Positions 1-8,755 of a DNA stretch of 64,000 bases are shown here, one piece after another. Numbering within the stretch: the stretch's first letter is position 1; each line of letters begins with the position of its first letter. Below the pieces are notes generated by a model. It did no database searches. It was not told where the DNA came from and saw only the letters and a program-made list of their open reading frames with translations. A program made the translations under genes and the position numbers. Source of the DNA: a virus (taxonomy: Duplodnaviria; Caudoviricetes); the IMG/VR virus record IMGVR_UViG_3300049488_000018, positions 7,279 to 71,278 of that record, one strand, 5' to 3'.

Positions 1-537
1 AACGTCAGCCATAACAGCTGAGTAATGCTCGGTCCAGTAATTGGAACCCTTGGTAACCTTGTCAACCATGGCGAAGTTATCAACTTCCCACTTAACAAGC
101 TCACCATAGAGCTCGTCATGGATCTGATAACCAGGGCCGGCGATGTCGCAGTGTGTAGGCCAAATGCAAAGCGGATAACGCTTGTTGTTCTCCAGGTGCT
201 CAACGTACTCAGTTGCACGCTTAAGCATACCAGGATGCCGGGTGATGAATTTGCCAGATTTCACATCAGCCGCGCTGATAATCGTGAAAGGCGAAGGGGA
301 CTTGCCGGTAGCTGCTTCAACCCAAAAGATTGGGTGAGCAATGTCGATCTGATGATGGCTGTCAAGTGTGATATGGATATCGTCGATCTTACCGCCAAGA
401 CGGTTGATCATCAGAGCCAGTCGCTTCATGTCGTTGTCTGCGCCTTCTACATACAGCGCACCGGTCGGTTTGCAGAAATCTACCTGCGGATCAATAATCA
501 GAAGTTGAAGATTTGTTTTGCCCAATTGAGCCTCCAT
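1..537 (-). CDS. pncA: Nicotinamidase / isochorismatase-family cysteine hydrolase (PncA-like), 3'-truncated by the window edge
   Basis: Not in the ORF track; translated by hand. ATG at 537 overlaps the kinase TAA (alternative TTG at 525 after GGAGG). Reads GKTNLQLLIIDPQVDFCKPTGALYVEGA..ITLDSH..AHPIFW..IWPTHC..KGSNYWTEHYSA, containing the DxQxDF, DxH, WPxHC and KG motifs. The catalytic Cys would lie beyond position 1. Confidence 0.85.
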   Translation of the reverse strand, partial: MEAQLGKTNLQLLIIDPQVDFCKPTGALYVEGADNDMKRLALMINRLGGKIDDIHITLDSHHQIDIAHPIFWVEAATGKSPSPFTIISAADVKSGKFITRHPGMLKRATEYVEHLENNKRYPLCIWPTHCDIAGPGYQIHDELYGELVKWEVDNFAMVDKVTKGSNYWTEHYSAVMADV

Positions 538-2219
538 TATTTTTTCATTGAGAATTTATAAAGCTTTGAACCTTGTCTTACCATTATTGTTGATGCACTC
601 CGAGTTAGCTTCATATCGTGCGTAACTGCTGGATCTTTCACAACTTTTATATCCGGCCTGTCAATTCTGTTAGAGAAGATATGAACCTCATCTTCATTAG
701 TGATACGAACACATATCCCATTCTCCATAACAACAAAGTTAGGTACATGTAGCCCTGTATCTTCTTCCAGAGTTAGCTTATAGCTAGATAAATCAGGAGC
801 AAACTTGAACATGAATGTATCAAATTTACCACCTTTAGCAGCTACAACTGAAGCAACACAATTCTCATACTTAGCTTCGAGAACCTGATACCCTTGTAAT
901 TCTTTTACTTGGAACTGAGAGCAGGCAGTCTTACCACTTGCTGTTCTGTAGAACAACATGAAATAAGGCACACCAAGAATGTTCTGATACACTAGCCCAT
1001 TAAAGAGCTTAGTAGCATTTGATAGAACACTCCATGTCATCTTAATAGACGGGAATACTTTATCTCCCATCTCATCAAGCTCAACAACAGAGAGCTTATC
1101 ATCATTCTTGATGTATATTGAGTTACCAATAACCATCTTCTCTTCAGCTGCCATATTGAACCAATTGCCAACAGAACTTTCCAAATGTAACATTCCGTCT
1201 TTTACATATGCAGCAACTGGTACACTTGATATCGGAGACTCAACAATCTCCATTCCATCATGCAAGGAAATACTATGCCTTCCCTTAGTGGCAAACTGCG
1301 TTGAGTAGGTCCATCCATTAACGAAGCCTTTTATAGGATATAGAGAATCCACAATTAGCTCCAGTACGAACTGATTACTTGCAATGATAGGTATGATTCT
1401 TGGTGCACTCTGAATGATAGTGCCGGCACTATTAGGAGGAGCAATACGCTCACCTTTCTCAAGGACGCGCATTAACCATTCTTTATATGCCTGTGGCACT
1501 TCATCTACCGATCTTACCGCAGAAGGAAGACGTACATCCTTATTGAAGATAGACACGTTAGCCTTCATTCGGCCTTCCATATCAGACTTCTTATAGTCAG
1601 GATGTGTGCCTTTATATGGATGTATACCCATAAAGAGCTGAGTCGCTATTACAGCAAAAGAGAACCAATCAGTCATCTCATTAAACTTAAGAGAATGATG
1701 ATCACGTATCGAGGCCATTATAGCCGTAGCTGGGAAACTAGGAGTCTGCCAGCTATCTACATCAATGAAGTATGGAACAGTAAATGACTTCATATCCACC
1801 AGATAGTTCATCTCATTGCCATCAACAATAAGACATCCATTCTTATGTATATACGATGTATCTACAACCATACGTTCTACTAGTGTAGATGTAACTTTAT
1901 TGTCAATATTGAACCGGTTACGAAAGTCATTAGTGAACAGCTTACAAAGCGCCACTGTATCCTTCTGCCAGTCCATTGTAAAGCCAATAGGTTGTTTGTT
2001 TGTATCAAGAATCACATTCTTAGGATTCAGAATGTTATCCTGAGTTAGCTTCTGAAGTTCATCTATCTTCGAAAGAGGAATCATCTTTCTAGGCTCAGAG
2101 TAGATCTTATAGATCACATTCCCTTTACCGTAGATCTTACCTTCACCACCTTCGGCAATAAACTCCTTATCTGTAAGGTTTGCCTCGTTTGGCTTTCCAT
2201 CTCTTATAAATACTTTCAA
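537..2219 (-). CDS. Atypical Ser/Thr protein kinase (YegI/TerY-triad type) with ~290-aa C-terminal extension
   Basis: Gly-rich loop AEGGEGKIY, IYKIY lysine, catalytic loop IVDGNEMNYLV, FIDVDSWQ in place of DFG, TDWFSFAV, GIHPYKG. TTG start at 2219 after GGAGG. Confidence 0.9.
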   Translation of the reverse strand: MKVFIRDGKPNEANLTDKEFIAEGGEGKIYGKGNVIYKIYSEPRKMIPLSKIDELQKLTQDNILNPKNVILDTNKQPIGFTMDWQKDTVALCKLFTNDFRNRFNIDNKVTSTLVERMVVDTSYIHKNGCLIVDGNEMNYLVDMKSFTVPYFIDVDSWQTPSFPATAIMASIRDHHSLKFNEMTDWFSFAVIATQLFMGIHPYKGTHPDYKKSDMEGRMKANVSIFNKDVRLPSAVRSVDEVPQAYKEWLMRVLEKGERIAPPNSAGTIIQSAPRIIPIIASNQFVLELIVDSLYPIKGFVNGWTYSTQFATKGRHSISLHDGMEIVESPISSVPVAAYVKDGMLHLESSVGNWFNMAAEEKMVIGNSIYIKNDDKLSVVELDEMGDKVFPSIKMTWSVLSNATKLFNGLVYQNILGVPYFMLFYRTASGKTACSQFQVKELQGYQVLEAKYENCVASVVAAKGGKFDTFMFKFAPDLSSYKLTLEEDTGLHVPNFVVMENGICVRITNEDEVHIFSNRIDRPDIKVVKDPAVTHDMKLTRSASTIMVRQGSKLYKFSMKK

Positions 2220-2355
2220 TAGAACCTCCAAACACAATGATGAGATAGATTACGAAGATTGTTACAGGAATCCACCAGATACGGAAGAGAATCTCCCAAT
2301 TAACTTGGCGTTCCAACACCCACAACTGCCACAGTGTCATATTGCTCAAGTCCAT
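2167..2355 (-). CDS. Small single-pass membrane protein
   Basis: GGAG then ATG; hydrophobic stretch IWWIPVTIFVIYLIIVFGG followed by a basic tail; overlaps the kinase start. Confidence 0.5.
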   Translation of the reverse strand: MDLSNMTLWQLWVLERQVNWEILFRIWWIPVTIFVIYLIIVFGGSIESIYKRWKAKRGKPYR

Positions 2356-2587
2356 AAGGTTCTCCTCTGTCATCTAAGATAGATTGGATTATGCGAACAT
2401 AATCCGATTTAATATGATGTTGTGTTCTGAGTATTGCCTGAAGGTGATCAGTTTTAAGGTTCTTAAGTTTCTTAATCTTAAGTGGACCTTTACCTTTTGG
2501 GCCATATGTACCCCAGGTAGCAACCTTTTTTGCATCATTCAGCGTGCATTGGATATGAACAAGATCATTGATAATATCAATACTCAA
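2300..2587 (-). CDS. Hypothetical phage protein
   Basis: ORF with a WGTYGPKG..L..L..DHL.AIL pattern; TTG start after GGAGG. Confidence 0.7.
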   Translation of the reverse strand: MSIDIINDLVHIQCTLNDAKKVATWGTYGPKGKGPLKIKKLKNLKTDHLQAILRTQHHIKSDYVRIIQSILDDRGEPYGLEQYDTVAVVGVGTPS

Positions 2588-2811
2588 GACATCCTCCGCA
2601 TGCAACGATCAATTGTTTCTTTATCAGCTTTGCCTATTACAGCGAGCCGAGCAATTTGTTCATCATCAAGACATGACCATTTCATATCACTTGATTCAGA
2701 TACAAGGATAAGTGGCTCAACTTGCATAACGACTGCATGTGGATATATACCAGAACCACAATGTAATGGATATCTTGAGTCTGTAGTTGCTACGAGATCT
2801 CCTCGTTTCAT
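2584..2811 (-). CDS. Hypothetical protein (75 aa)
   Basis: Fits the tightly packed minus-strand operon; GGAG upstream. Confidence 0.7.
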   Translation of the reverse strand: MKRGDLVATTDSRYPLHCGSGIYPHAVVMQVEPLILVSESSDMKWSCLDDEQIARLAVIGKADKETIDRCMRRMS

Positions 2812-2821
2812 ACATTCTCCC

Positions 2822-3304
2822 TTACTTTGGATTGGACATGGCCTTAGGTGCCTTCATAGGGCCACCGACTTTCTTTTCTTTAGCCGGTTCAGCCACTTTC
2901 TGAACTTCAATTACTTCAAGCTCTTGGCATGGGAGCCAAGTATCTTCAAGCATGGAGCCCTTGATTAACTCAGGTGACTGAACACCAATACGCACACAGC
3001 CATTGATCCATGTATTAACACCGACCACAAGGCCTTTAAACCCTGTGTTCACATGTTTAACATTATCACCATTACGGATAGTATTACAAACCGGAGAAGT
3101 AATAGGTACATCAGTACCTTCTACGAATTCAAGATGTGTTACATCAAACCAGAACCCCTCTTTAGGTGTTCCGTCATCTTTGAGTTCACGAGGTGTGAGA
3201 ATAGCACGGTCACAGTTACTGAGATGAACCGCATATGCAGTTACGAGCCCAGTAAATCCAGTTACAAGATCTTTGGCAATTACGCCTAATTTTACAACGC
3301 TCAT
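2822..3304 (-). CDS. Hypothetical protein made of two tandem copies of a ~65-aa SH3-like domain
   Basis: KLGVIAKDLVTGFTGLVTAYAVHLSNCDR versus RNGDNVKHVNTGFKGLVVGVNTWINGCVR. Confidence 0.75.
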   Translation of the reverse strand: MSVVKLGVIAKDLVTGFTGLVTAYAVHLSNCDRAILTPRELKDDGTPKEGFWFDVTHLEFVEGTDVPITSPVCNTIRNGDNVKHVNTGFKGLVVGVNTWINGCVRIGVQSPELIKGSMLEDTWLPCQELEVIEVQKVAEPAKEKKVGGPMKAPKAMSNPK

Positions 3305-4098
3305 ACATTCTCCTTGAATAAGATGCAGGACATACCAAGGTCGTCCTGATGAAATACTTTATGCTCTTTCTCGAGTAGCTCACAATGCTTAACTGCGCGC
3401 CTTTTAAGGAATTCACCAGCTGTCCCCTTAAACGCTATAAACGCCCTGTAGACGTCAACAGCCTTAAGGTATGGGCCTTGGGCACCATGAAAGGTATCAA
3501 GGCCATCAGAGGTCAATATGATAGCTCCTGGAGCTACTTTATGTGCGATATCAAGCGGCCAGTTATAATTGTAGTCATGATTGGCTATTAAATCACCATC
3601 TTTCCACAATTTGATAGTTAAACCACCATCACCGAACTGTTGCTTGTATGCTTTCTCTCTGTCTTTATTAAGCCAGTAAGAGAGATAGTATGGAGCACCA
3701 CTTGGGAATGAATGTTCAGCTAAGAATACACTGTCACCAAAGTCCTCAATGATATAGCCATCACCATAGCAATAGCTATAACATTTAGATCCATGAACAG
3801 CAGTAACCATCAATGTAGCGTCAAGGCAAGAGATATCAAGTCCAAGATTCTGCCTTGTCATATCAGCATACTGTATAACTGTTCTGCCAAAGGCTTCACG
3901 GCCAAGCTCCATGAAAGATAAAAACCTCCTCGCTGTAATAGCGAGGATACGAGCGCCTATGTCTGTGTCTTTGGATGATGAACAACCATCACATACAATA
4001 GCGAAATGAATGCCATCCTGTACACCAGCGAGTGTATAGTCCTGACATACCTTATGACTCTTCCCAATCAGAAAGAGATTGTCTGTTTGTATATCCAC
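3301..4098 (-). CDS. PP2C-like protein phosphatase (YegK/TerY-triad type)
   Basis: GKSH..CQDY, AIVCDGCSS, ILTSDGL and DDL motifs; GTG start at 4098 after AAGGAG. Confidence 0.9.
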   Translation of the reverse strand: MDIQTDNLFLIGKSHKVCQDYTLAGVQDGIHFAIVCDGCSSSKDTDIGARILAITARRFLSFMELGREAFGRTVIQYADMTRQNLGLDISCLDATLMVTAVHGSKCYSYCYGDGYIIEDFGDSVFLAEHSFPSGAPYYLSYWLNKDREKAYKQQFGDGGLTIKLWKDGDLIANHDYNYNWPLDIAHKVAPGAIILTSDGLDTFHGAQGPYLKAVDVYRAFIAFKGTAGEFLKRRAVKHCELLEKEHKVFHQDDLGMSCILFKENV

Positions 4099-4111
4099 GT
4101 TAGCTCCTTCT

Positions 4112-4651
4112 TTATAATTGGTATAAGAAAATTTCCCTACCATGCGCGACTGAAGCGTTCTCAATGATTCCCTCCACCATCTTCCATTCACCATTAGCTA
4201 AACCACAGCCAATACCATATGGAAGGCCAATCTTAAAAAGTGTACCTTCTCGTAGTTTCTTCCAGGCAGTATGCAATCTTGGTGGTCCACCAGCAGCATT
4301 ATAAATTGCCTTTTCACGTTCTTTCACGTTAAGTAACATACGATTGATAGCGGCACCTAAGGCATGATAGTCAGTATAAAGCACATTGAATCTTCCAAAG
4401 TGTAACTGGCCATAGAGATTATAACAAAAGATAGCACGATCAAGATTGCAACTAGTGTTATATCCTCTTGTGAACGTACCAAGTTTTTCTCTTGGAGTTC
4501 TATCATCATCCTTAAATGCTTGATATGCTTCAGGAAATTGTAAACGGATTTGTTTAGCGATACCACTGCCCATTACGCCTTGGCAATTACACTGATGAGC
4601 AATGATATCACAATCGCTTTTAAGCAAATCACCTTTGACTATAGTGAGCAT
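4112..4651 (-). CDS. Macrodomain protein (ADP-ribose binding/hydrolase, Poa1p/DarG-like class)
   Basis: KGDLL..IAHQCNCQGVMGSGIAKQIR..FP and IGLPYGIGCGLANGEW motifs. Confidence 0.9.
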   Translation of the reverse strand: MLTIVKGDLLKSDCDIIAHQCNCQGVMGSGIAKQIRLQFPEAYQAFKDDDRTPREKLGTFTRGYNTSCNLDRAIFCYNLYGQLHFGRFNVLYTDYHALGAAINRMLLNVKEREKAIYNAAGGPPRLHTAWKKLREGTLFKIGLPYGIGCGLANGEWKMVEGIIENASVAHGREIFLYQL

Positions 4652-4920
4652 TAGTTTTCTCCTGAGTTAGCCTTAAATGTACTACGGGCAGCATCAAGAC
4701 GTGTTAGCTGGCCAGGGACAAGTATCCTTATCGTTTTAAGAAATTCTCTTAATCCTGCTTCATGAGGTTTCATATATGCAGTACCAAGCTTCTCATAAAA
4801 TGCTTTGATAAATGCATCATCCCCATATCCAGCAAGTGCATCTAAAGCACGCGTTTCAGCTTCTGATAACTTAACAGTAAGCTCAAAGTGAATTTGTGGT
4901 TCTGCACTTATTTTAGCCAT
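4651..4920 (-). CDS. Hypothetical phage protein (89 aa)
   Basis: ATG at 4920 after GAGGGG; overlaps both neighbours. Confidence 0.7.
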   Translation of the reverse strand: MAKISAEPQIHFELTVKLSEAETRALDALAGYGDDAFIKAFYEKLGTAYMKPHEAGLREFLKTIRILVPGQLTRLDAARSTFKANSGEN

Positions 4921-5440
4921 GGCTAAATATCCCCTCAACTTTCTTATGAACTGGATGTCTGTTGCAGAAGGCCTCATACATCTTTTCTTCTACCCACCGG
5001 TTAGGTTGGATATTAGGATTGTCGGCCTGAAACATATAGCCATTGACATCACAAAAGTGTTGAGCAAAAGATGCAATAGCACCACTACGACAAACACCAG
5101 CATGACAATGTACAATGAGAAGATTATTCTTTTCATCTTTATGCCAATCCTCGAGAAACTCAAAGATATCATCAGCTTGTCTCGAGTCCATAAATTTATC
5201 TGCGAGCAGATGAGATAGGTTACGAGTAGCTTTAGGAGTTGTATCATCAAAATGCAATGACAACAATCTACCATTGTCCTTAAGTTCTTCTTCCTTAAAC
5301 AAAGGAGCAAAGTCAGAATTTTGAATACTGATCATTAGGATATTATCCCAATCACCATATTGTGAAAATGTGTTATTGAGTACTTCTTTCTTGATAAGAG
5401 TAGCCAATGAAAGAGGTACAGCTTTTATTTTCTTTATCAA
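4913..5440 (-). CDS. Tyrosine / dual-specificity protein phosphatase (Cys-based PTP family)
   Basis: P-loop LIVHCHAGVCRSGAIA (HCx5R), upstream LHFDD acid loop, downstream PN motif; TTG start after GGAGG. Confidence 0.9.
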   Translation of the reverse strand: MIKKIKAVPLSLATLIKKEVLNNTFSQYGDWDNILMISIQNSDFAPLFKEEELKDNGRLLSLHFDDTTPKATRNLSHLLADKFMDSRQADDIFEFLEDWHKDEKNNLLIVHCHAGVCRSGAIASFAQHFCDVNGYMFQADNPNIQPNRWVEEKMYEAFCNRHPVHKKVEGIFSHG

Positions 5441-5518
5441 GGAGTCCTCCTATAAAAAGTAATGTAACTGTTTGTAATGCGCACATCAGTAAAACAAAAC
5501 CAATAAACTTTAATTCGC

Positions 5519-5905
5519 TCATGGATAATGCTCCCTTGGTGGATTGCGGTCATACATCATACGCCACATATCATGTGATTCTGTAATATTATACAGTATC
5601 TCAGCATGTGAATGGATGAACTCAACCATACTTTCAAGTTGCGCCATAGTAATTCCGTTCAAGCGAATATACACAGTGCCATGATTATATGATTTATACA
5701 TACCATCAATTCGTTCATATTTATGTTTTGTATTATATCGAGTGCTGTAGCCACGTGACTCAGCTACATTCATAGCTGCTTTCATATAGCAATTAACCAG
5801 CTCACTATTACCAGGATCAGGCATCAATATTCTGCCTGGATCATACGGCTTAGTTGCTGTCTTACACTCAATCTTAATTCTTTGAAACGGTGCTTTCTCT
5901 GCCAT
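5519..5905 (-). CDS. Hypothetical protein, member 1 of a local paralogue family
   Basis: CYMKAAMNV ... MVEFIHSHAEILY. Confidence 0.75.
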   Translation of the reverse strand: MAEKAPFQRIKIECKTATKPYDPGRILMPDPGNSELVNCYMKAAMNVAESRGYSTRYNTKHKYERIDGMYKSYNHGTVYIRLNGITMAQLESMVEFIHSHAEILYNITESHDMWRMMYDRNPPREHYP

Positions 5906-6303
5906 TACCGGAGTCTCCAGTCATATTGCAAGATACTCGAGCTTAGCTGTCTACCTTGACATTGACAAAATTCAAATAGTCTTTCAGCACCAGCATGTAT
6001 CTCTTCAACATGTTTTAATAATGTAGTAGCACTTGGTGCTCTGAGGTGATCCTCAGTATCAAATACTACATATGGAAGTTTTTCAGCTTCTCTGTCTTTT
6101 TTGCCACGAGCGGGGAAGCGTTCATGCCTACCAGTGCCAACATAAAACAATAGCACTTCTTTGCATACACGAAGATAGCATAAAGCTATAGGATCATGTT
6201 CGATACTTCTACCTTTAAAATCAATTACATAGCAGCTTTTCTTAAACTCTTCTATGTATTCGATCTCAAGCTTCCGCCTCCTTCTGAATGGTATTAGTGC
6301 CAT
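5905..6303 (-). CDS. Hypothetical protein, member 2 of the paralogue family
   Basis: CYLRVCKEV ... HVEEIHAGAERLF. Confidence 0.75.
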   Translation of the reverse strand: MALIPFRRRRKLEIEYIEEFKKSCYVIDFKGRSIEHDPIALCYLRVCKEVLLFYVGTGRHERFPARGKKDREAEKLPYVVFDTEDHLRAPSATTLLKHVEEIHAGAERLFEFCQCQGRQLSSSILQYDWRLR

Positions 6304-6634
6304 TTTTGAATTCCTCTGCTTCTGTAAGATAAGCTTCTACGAAATTATGTAAGCAGTCTAGAATTGTACGAACTCTAGTCTCTGTTATGTCCAAGTCAAA
6401 GTTAATACGAATGCCTCTTGGGCTAGCTCCCATGGCACAATGTAGACCATGCTCATTAACAAGCCAGCTATTCCAATATTCATTTTCAAAATGCGTACAA
6501 CACATTACTTTATATATCATAGGCATATCTGTCTCAATGATCATGTATGCTCTATGACTTATCTTTTTTTGTTGACCAGGTTTAACAAACCAGTCTTCTT
6601 CCTCTTCAGTTGCTACTAGTGTTCTTGGTCGCAT
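6266..6634 (-). CDS. Hypothetical protein (possible distant paralogue)
   Basis: GAGGT then ATG; C-terminal ILDCLHNFVEAYL. Confidence 0.7.
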   Translation of the reverse strand: MRPRTLVATEEEEDWFVKPGQQKKISHRAYMIIETDMPMIYKVMCCTHFENEYWNSWLVNEHGLHCAMGASPRGIRINFDLDITETRVRTILDCLHNFVEAYLTEAEEFKNGTNTIQKEAEA

Positions 6635-6645
6635 AAATACCTCGA

Positions 6646-6664
6646 GGGGCCCATTATAGGCCCC
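6646..6664 (-). promoter_or_regulatory. GC-rich intergenic hairpin with TATAATG loop
   Basis: Minus strand GGGGCC-TATAATG-GGCCCC, immediately before the RBS of 6266..6634. Confidence 0.4.
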
Positions 6665-6679
6665 CCCTATCAGGTTGTA

Positions 6680-7051
6680 TTAAGCTTCTTTGGGCAGAGG
6701 AACAGGTGGTTTACCTTTTATCCATGCCCCATCGGCTTTCTTTTGTACGGGTAATGACTTCTTGATAGAAGCCAAAGTGTGCTCTGAGCAATCGGGACAA
6801 ACGCACGTACGTGAATGAACCCATTTGGTTCTCCACTCAGGCTTCATCTCTTTGCCATCACCGATCATCAGTGAGTCAAGGAAGCCACCAGCTTTAACCA
6901 TTGAGGTATTAACTGGTGCTCCCATCGTCCAGACCTGAACCTTTTTAATAGGATCAACTTGGACGCCGCCGGACTTCAGACAGAGAATTGCTTTCTCGAT
7001 CTTAGTCATGTTCTTAGAATCGTTAGGGAAAAGTCCCTTTCGTTCAGCCAT
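6680..7051 (-). CDS. Hypothetical protein with CxCxxC motif
   Basis: HSRTCVCPDC. Confidence 0.75.
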   Translation of the reverse strand: MAERKGLFPNDSKNMTKIEKAILCLKSGGVQVDPIKKVQVWTMGAPVNTSMVKAGGFLDSLMIGDGKEMKPEWRTKWVHSRTCVCPDCSEHTLASIKKSLPVQKKADGAWIKGKPPVPLPKEA

Positions 7052-7580
7052 TTGTTATTGCCTCGACAGCCAGATTGACCGCTTTCTTTTCTGCAAGTTT
7101 TTTGAAGAACACTTCCACCAGTTCCTGATGGTCAGCGTAGTACAATGTTGCCCATTCAGGCAGCTTATACTCTTTGAAGAACCGCTCAGCACGGCCAATG
7201 AACACAGCCAGGTCAGTAGCAATTGAATCAGGGAATAGATTCTTTACTACTTCAACACTTGTCTGTGAAATAGGACGCATACGAATGCCTTTCACGTCAA
7301 CATATTGACGCAGTTCATCAATACCATTCGTGGTATCAATAACCTTGCGGAAATATGGATCACGCTCGACATAAGCGAGTGACCGGTTAAATGCGATATC
7401 TTCTGCTGTAATAGCGTCAAAGACATCAGTCTTAGAGCACAGTGAGTAACCGATACCGATTCCTCCCATACCACCTGGCATTGCCTGAGCATACATTACG
7501 CCTACGCGTACCATTTGTCCGGCTCGCCGCCTCTTGATGAACTGTTTCAGTTCAAACGGTTTTGTTTTCGTGTCACCCAT
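7044..7580 (-). CDS. Phage protein, possibly N4 gp49/Sf6 gp66-like
   Basis: IGYSLCSKTDVFD...IAFNR resembles the G.S.C...D.F.....IA..R motif. Confidence 0.55.
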   Translation of the reverse strand: MGDTKTKPFELKQFIKRRRAGQMVRVGVMYAQAMPGGMGGIGIGYSLCSKTDVFDAITAEDIAFNRSLAYVERDPYFRKVIDTTNGIDELRQYVDVKGIRMRPISQTSVEVVKNLFPDSIATDLAVFIGRAERFFKEYKLPEWATLYYADHQELVEVFFKKLAEKKAVNLAVEAITNG

Positions 7581-7776
7581 CAGGTAACTCCTTTCTTTCT
7601 GCGCGCAATCTGCGTCGCTCTGTTTCTTGCTTACCTGAATAAGCTTTCATACCAGCGTACTTATTACCTTTTCTTACGCCGATCTTACGTTCAGGTATCA
7701 TGGACATAGGCCCTACAACTGAGTCCATTGCCGCTGCCATTGCAAGTAATGTTGCTGCTGTCATGTTTCTGCTCAA
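7573..7776 (-). CDS. Hypothetical protein (67 aa)
   Basis: GGAGG then TTG start. Confidence 0.65.
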   Translation of the reverse strand: MSRNMTAATLLAMAAAMDSVVGPMSMIPERKIGVRKGNKYAGMKAYSGKQETERRRLRAERKELPDG

Positions 7777-7791
7777 GGTTAGCCTCCCTTC

Positions 7792-8538
7792 TTATGTGAA
7801 CCGGATCTTATCATCAGGCTGAGCTTTGAAGTTATAAACTTCTTCCAAAGCCTGCAAATAAGTTTTCTTGTGAACCTGCTGTTTTACTTTCCCTGATTGG
7901 TAAGCAATCTTGGAAATCATACGCTTTGGCTTATAAGCCGCATTATTCATGATATCCATGATAGCGTATATAAATTCACGATGCTTATAGAATGATGGAA
8001 AATAGTCACTAAATTCAAAAACATGATTAGCAACTCTTGTGGCAAACTTTAGATCTTTGATCTTGAATGTGCCAAGCTTGAACATGGAAAGAAGTATATT
8101 AGCTCGCTCGCCATTTGACATCAACGCGATACACGTAGATACTGGGAACTTATATTCTTCCATAAATTTCCTGAAAACTATATAGTCAGCATATTCTGCA
8201 TCAGCATATGCATTCATAAAGTTCTCAAGAGTCCATGCCTTTTGAAGAGAGTTAATTGCAATTTCCTCAAGGAATGAGGTTGTAGAGTTAACGAGATAGT
8301 GAAATTCTGCATCACACTCTAATGCCGCAAAGTATCTATGATGGCCATCGAGTATTACTCTTTGAGCATCAACGATTATTGCTTTAGTAGGAATAAAACC
8401 ATAATCATGTATGCTTTTTACAATATGAGCATATTGTTCACGATCATCTTGCTTTATCCGGTTGATGGCATTTGGAAAGATAACTCCTTCACCTTTGCCT
8501 TTACATAATACATGTCTTCGTTCTTGTGCCATTGGCAT
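7792..8538 (-). CDS. ParB/Srx N-terminal-domain protein
   Basis: IVKSIHDYGFIPTKAIIVD..RVILDGHHRYFAA. Confidence 0.8.
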   Translation of the reverse strand: MPMAQERRHVLCKGKGEGVIFPNAINRIKQDDREQYAHIVKSIHDYGFIPTKAIIVDAQRVILDGHHRYFAALECDAEFHYLVNSTTSFLEEIAINSLQKAWTLENFMNAYADAEYADYIVFRKFMEEYKFPVSTCIALMSNGERANILLSMFKLGTFKIKDLKFATRVANHVFEFSDYFPSFYKHREFIYAIMDIMNNAAYKPKRMISKIAYQSGKVKQQVHKKTYLQALEEVYNFKAQPDDKIRFT

Positions 8539-8558
8539 CCTTTCTTTTCTGTTTTATA

Positions 8559-8741
8559 TTAGGTGCAAACACCTATTTCCTGTAAAAGTTCATCAATCAT
8601 GATTTCATCGCGTCTACTTTCACGAAGGAATTCCTGATGATCAATCATACGGTCAAGATGTTTTTCCCTACACGGGTCACACATCTCATCAACGTCAGAG
8701 TGATCAAGATAACACTGACACATACTCTTCCTGGATCCCAT
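8559..8741 (-). CDS. Small Cys-rich hypothetical protein
   Basis: CQC...CDPC; GGAGG upstream. Confidence 0.65.
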   Translation of the reverse strand: MGSRKSMCQCYLDHSDVDEMCDPCREKHLDRMIDHQEFLRESRRDEIMIDELLQEIGVCT

Positions 8742-8755
8742 CTTTCCTCCTTAGC

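Noticed and set aside
25-561. 178-aa plus-strand ORF
   Set aside because: Antisense to the nicotinamidase, which has clear family motifs.
2384-2968. 194-aa plus-strand ORF and the other short opposite-strand ORFs in the track
   Set aside because: Antisense to well-supported genes in strongly co-oriented blocks; no RBS or motifs.
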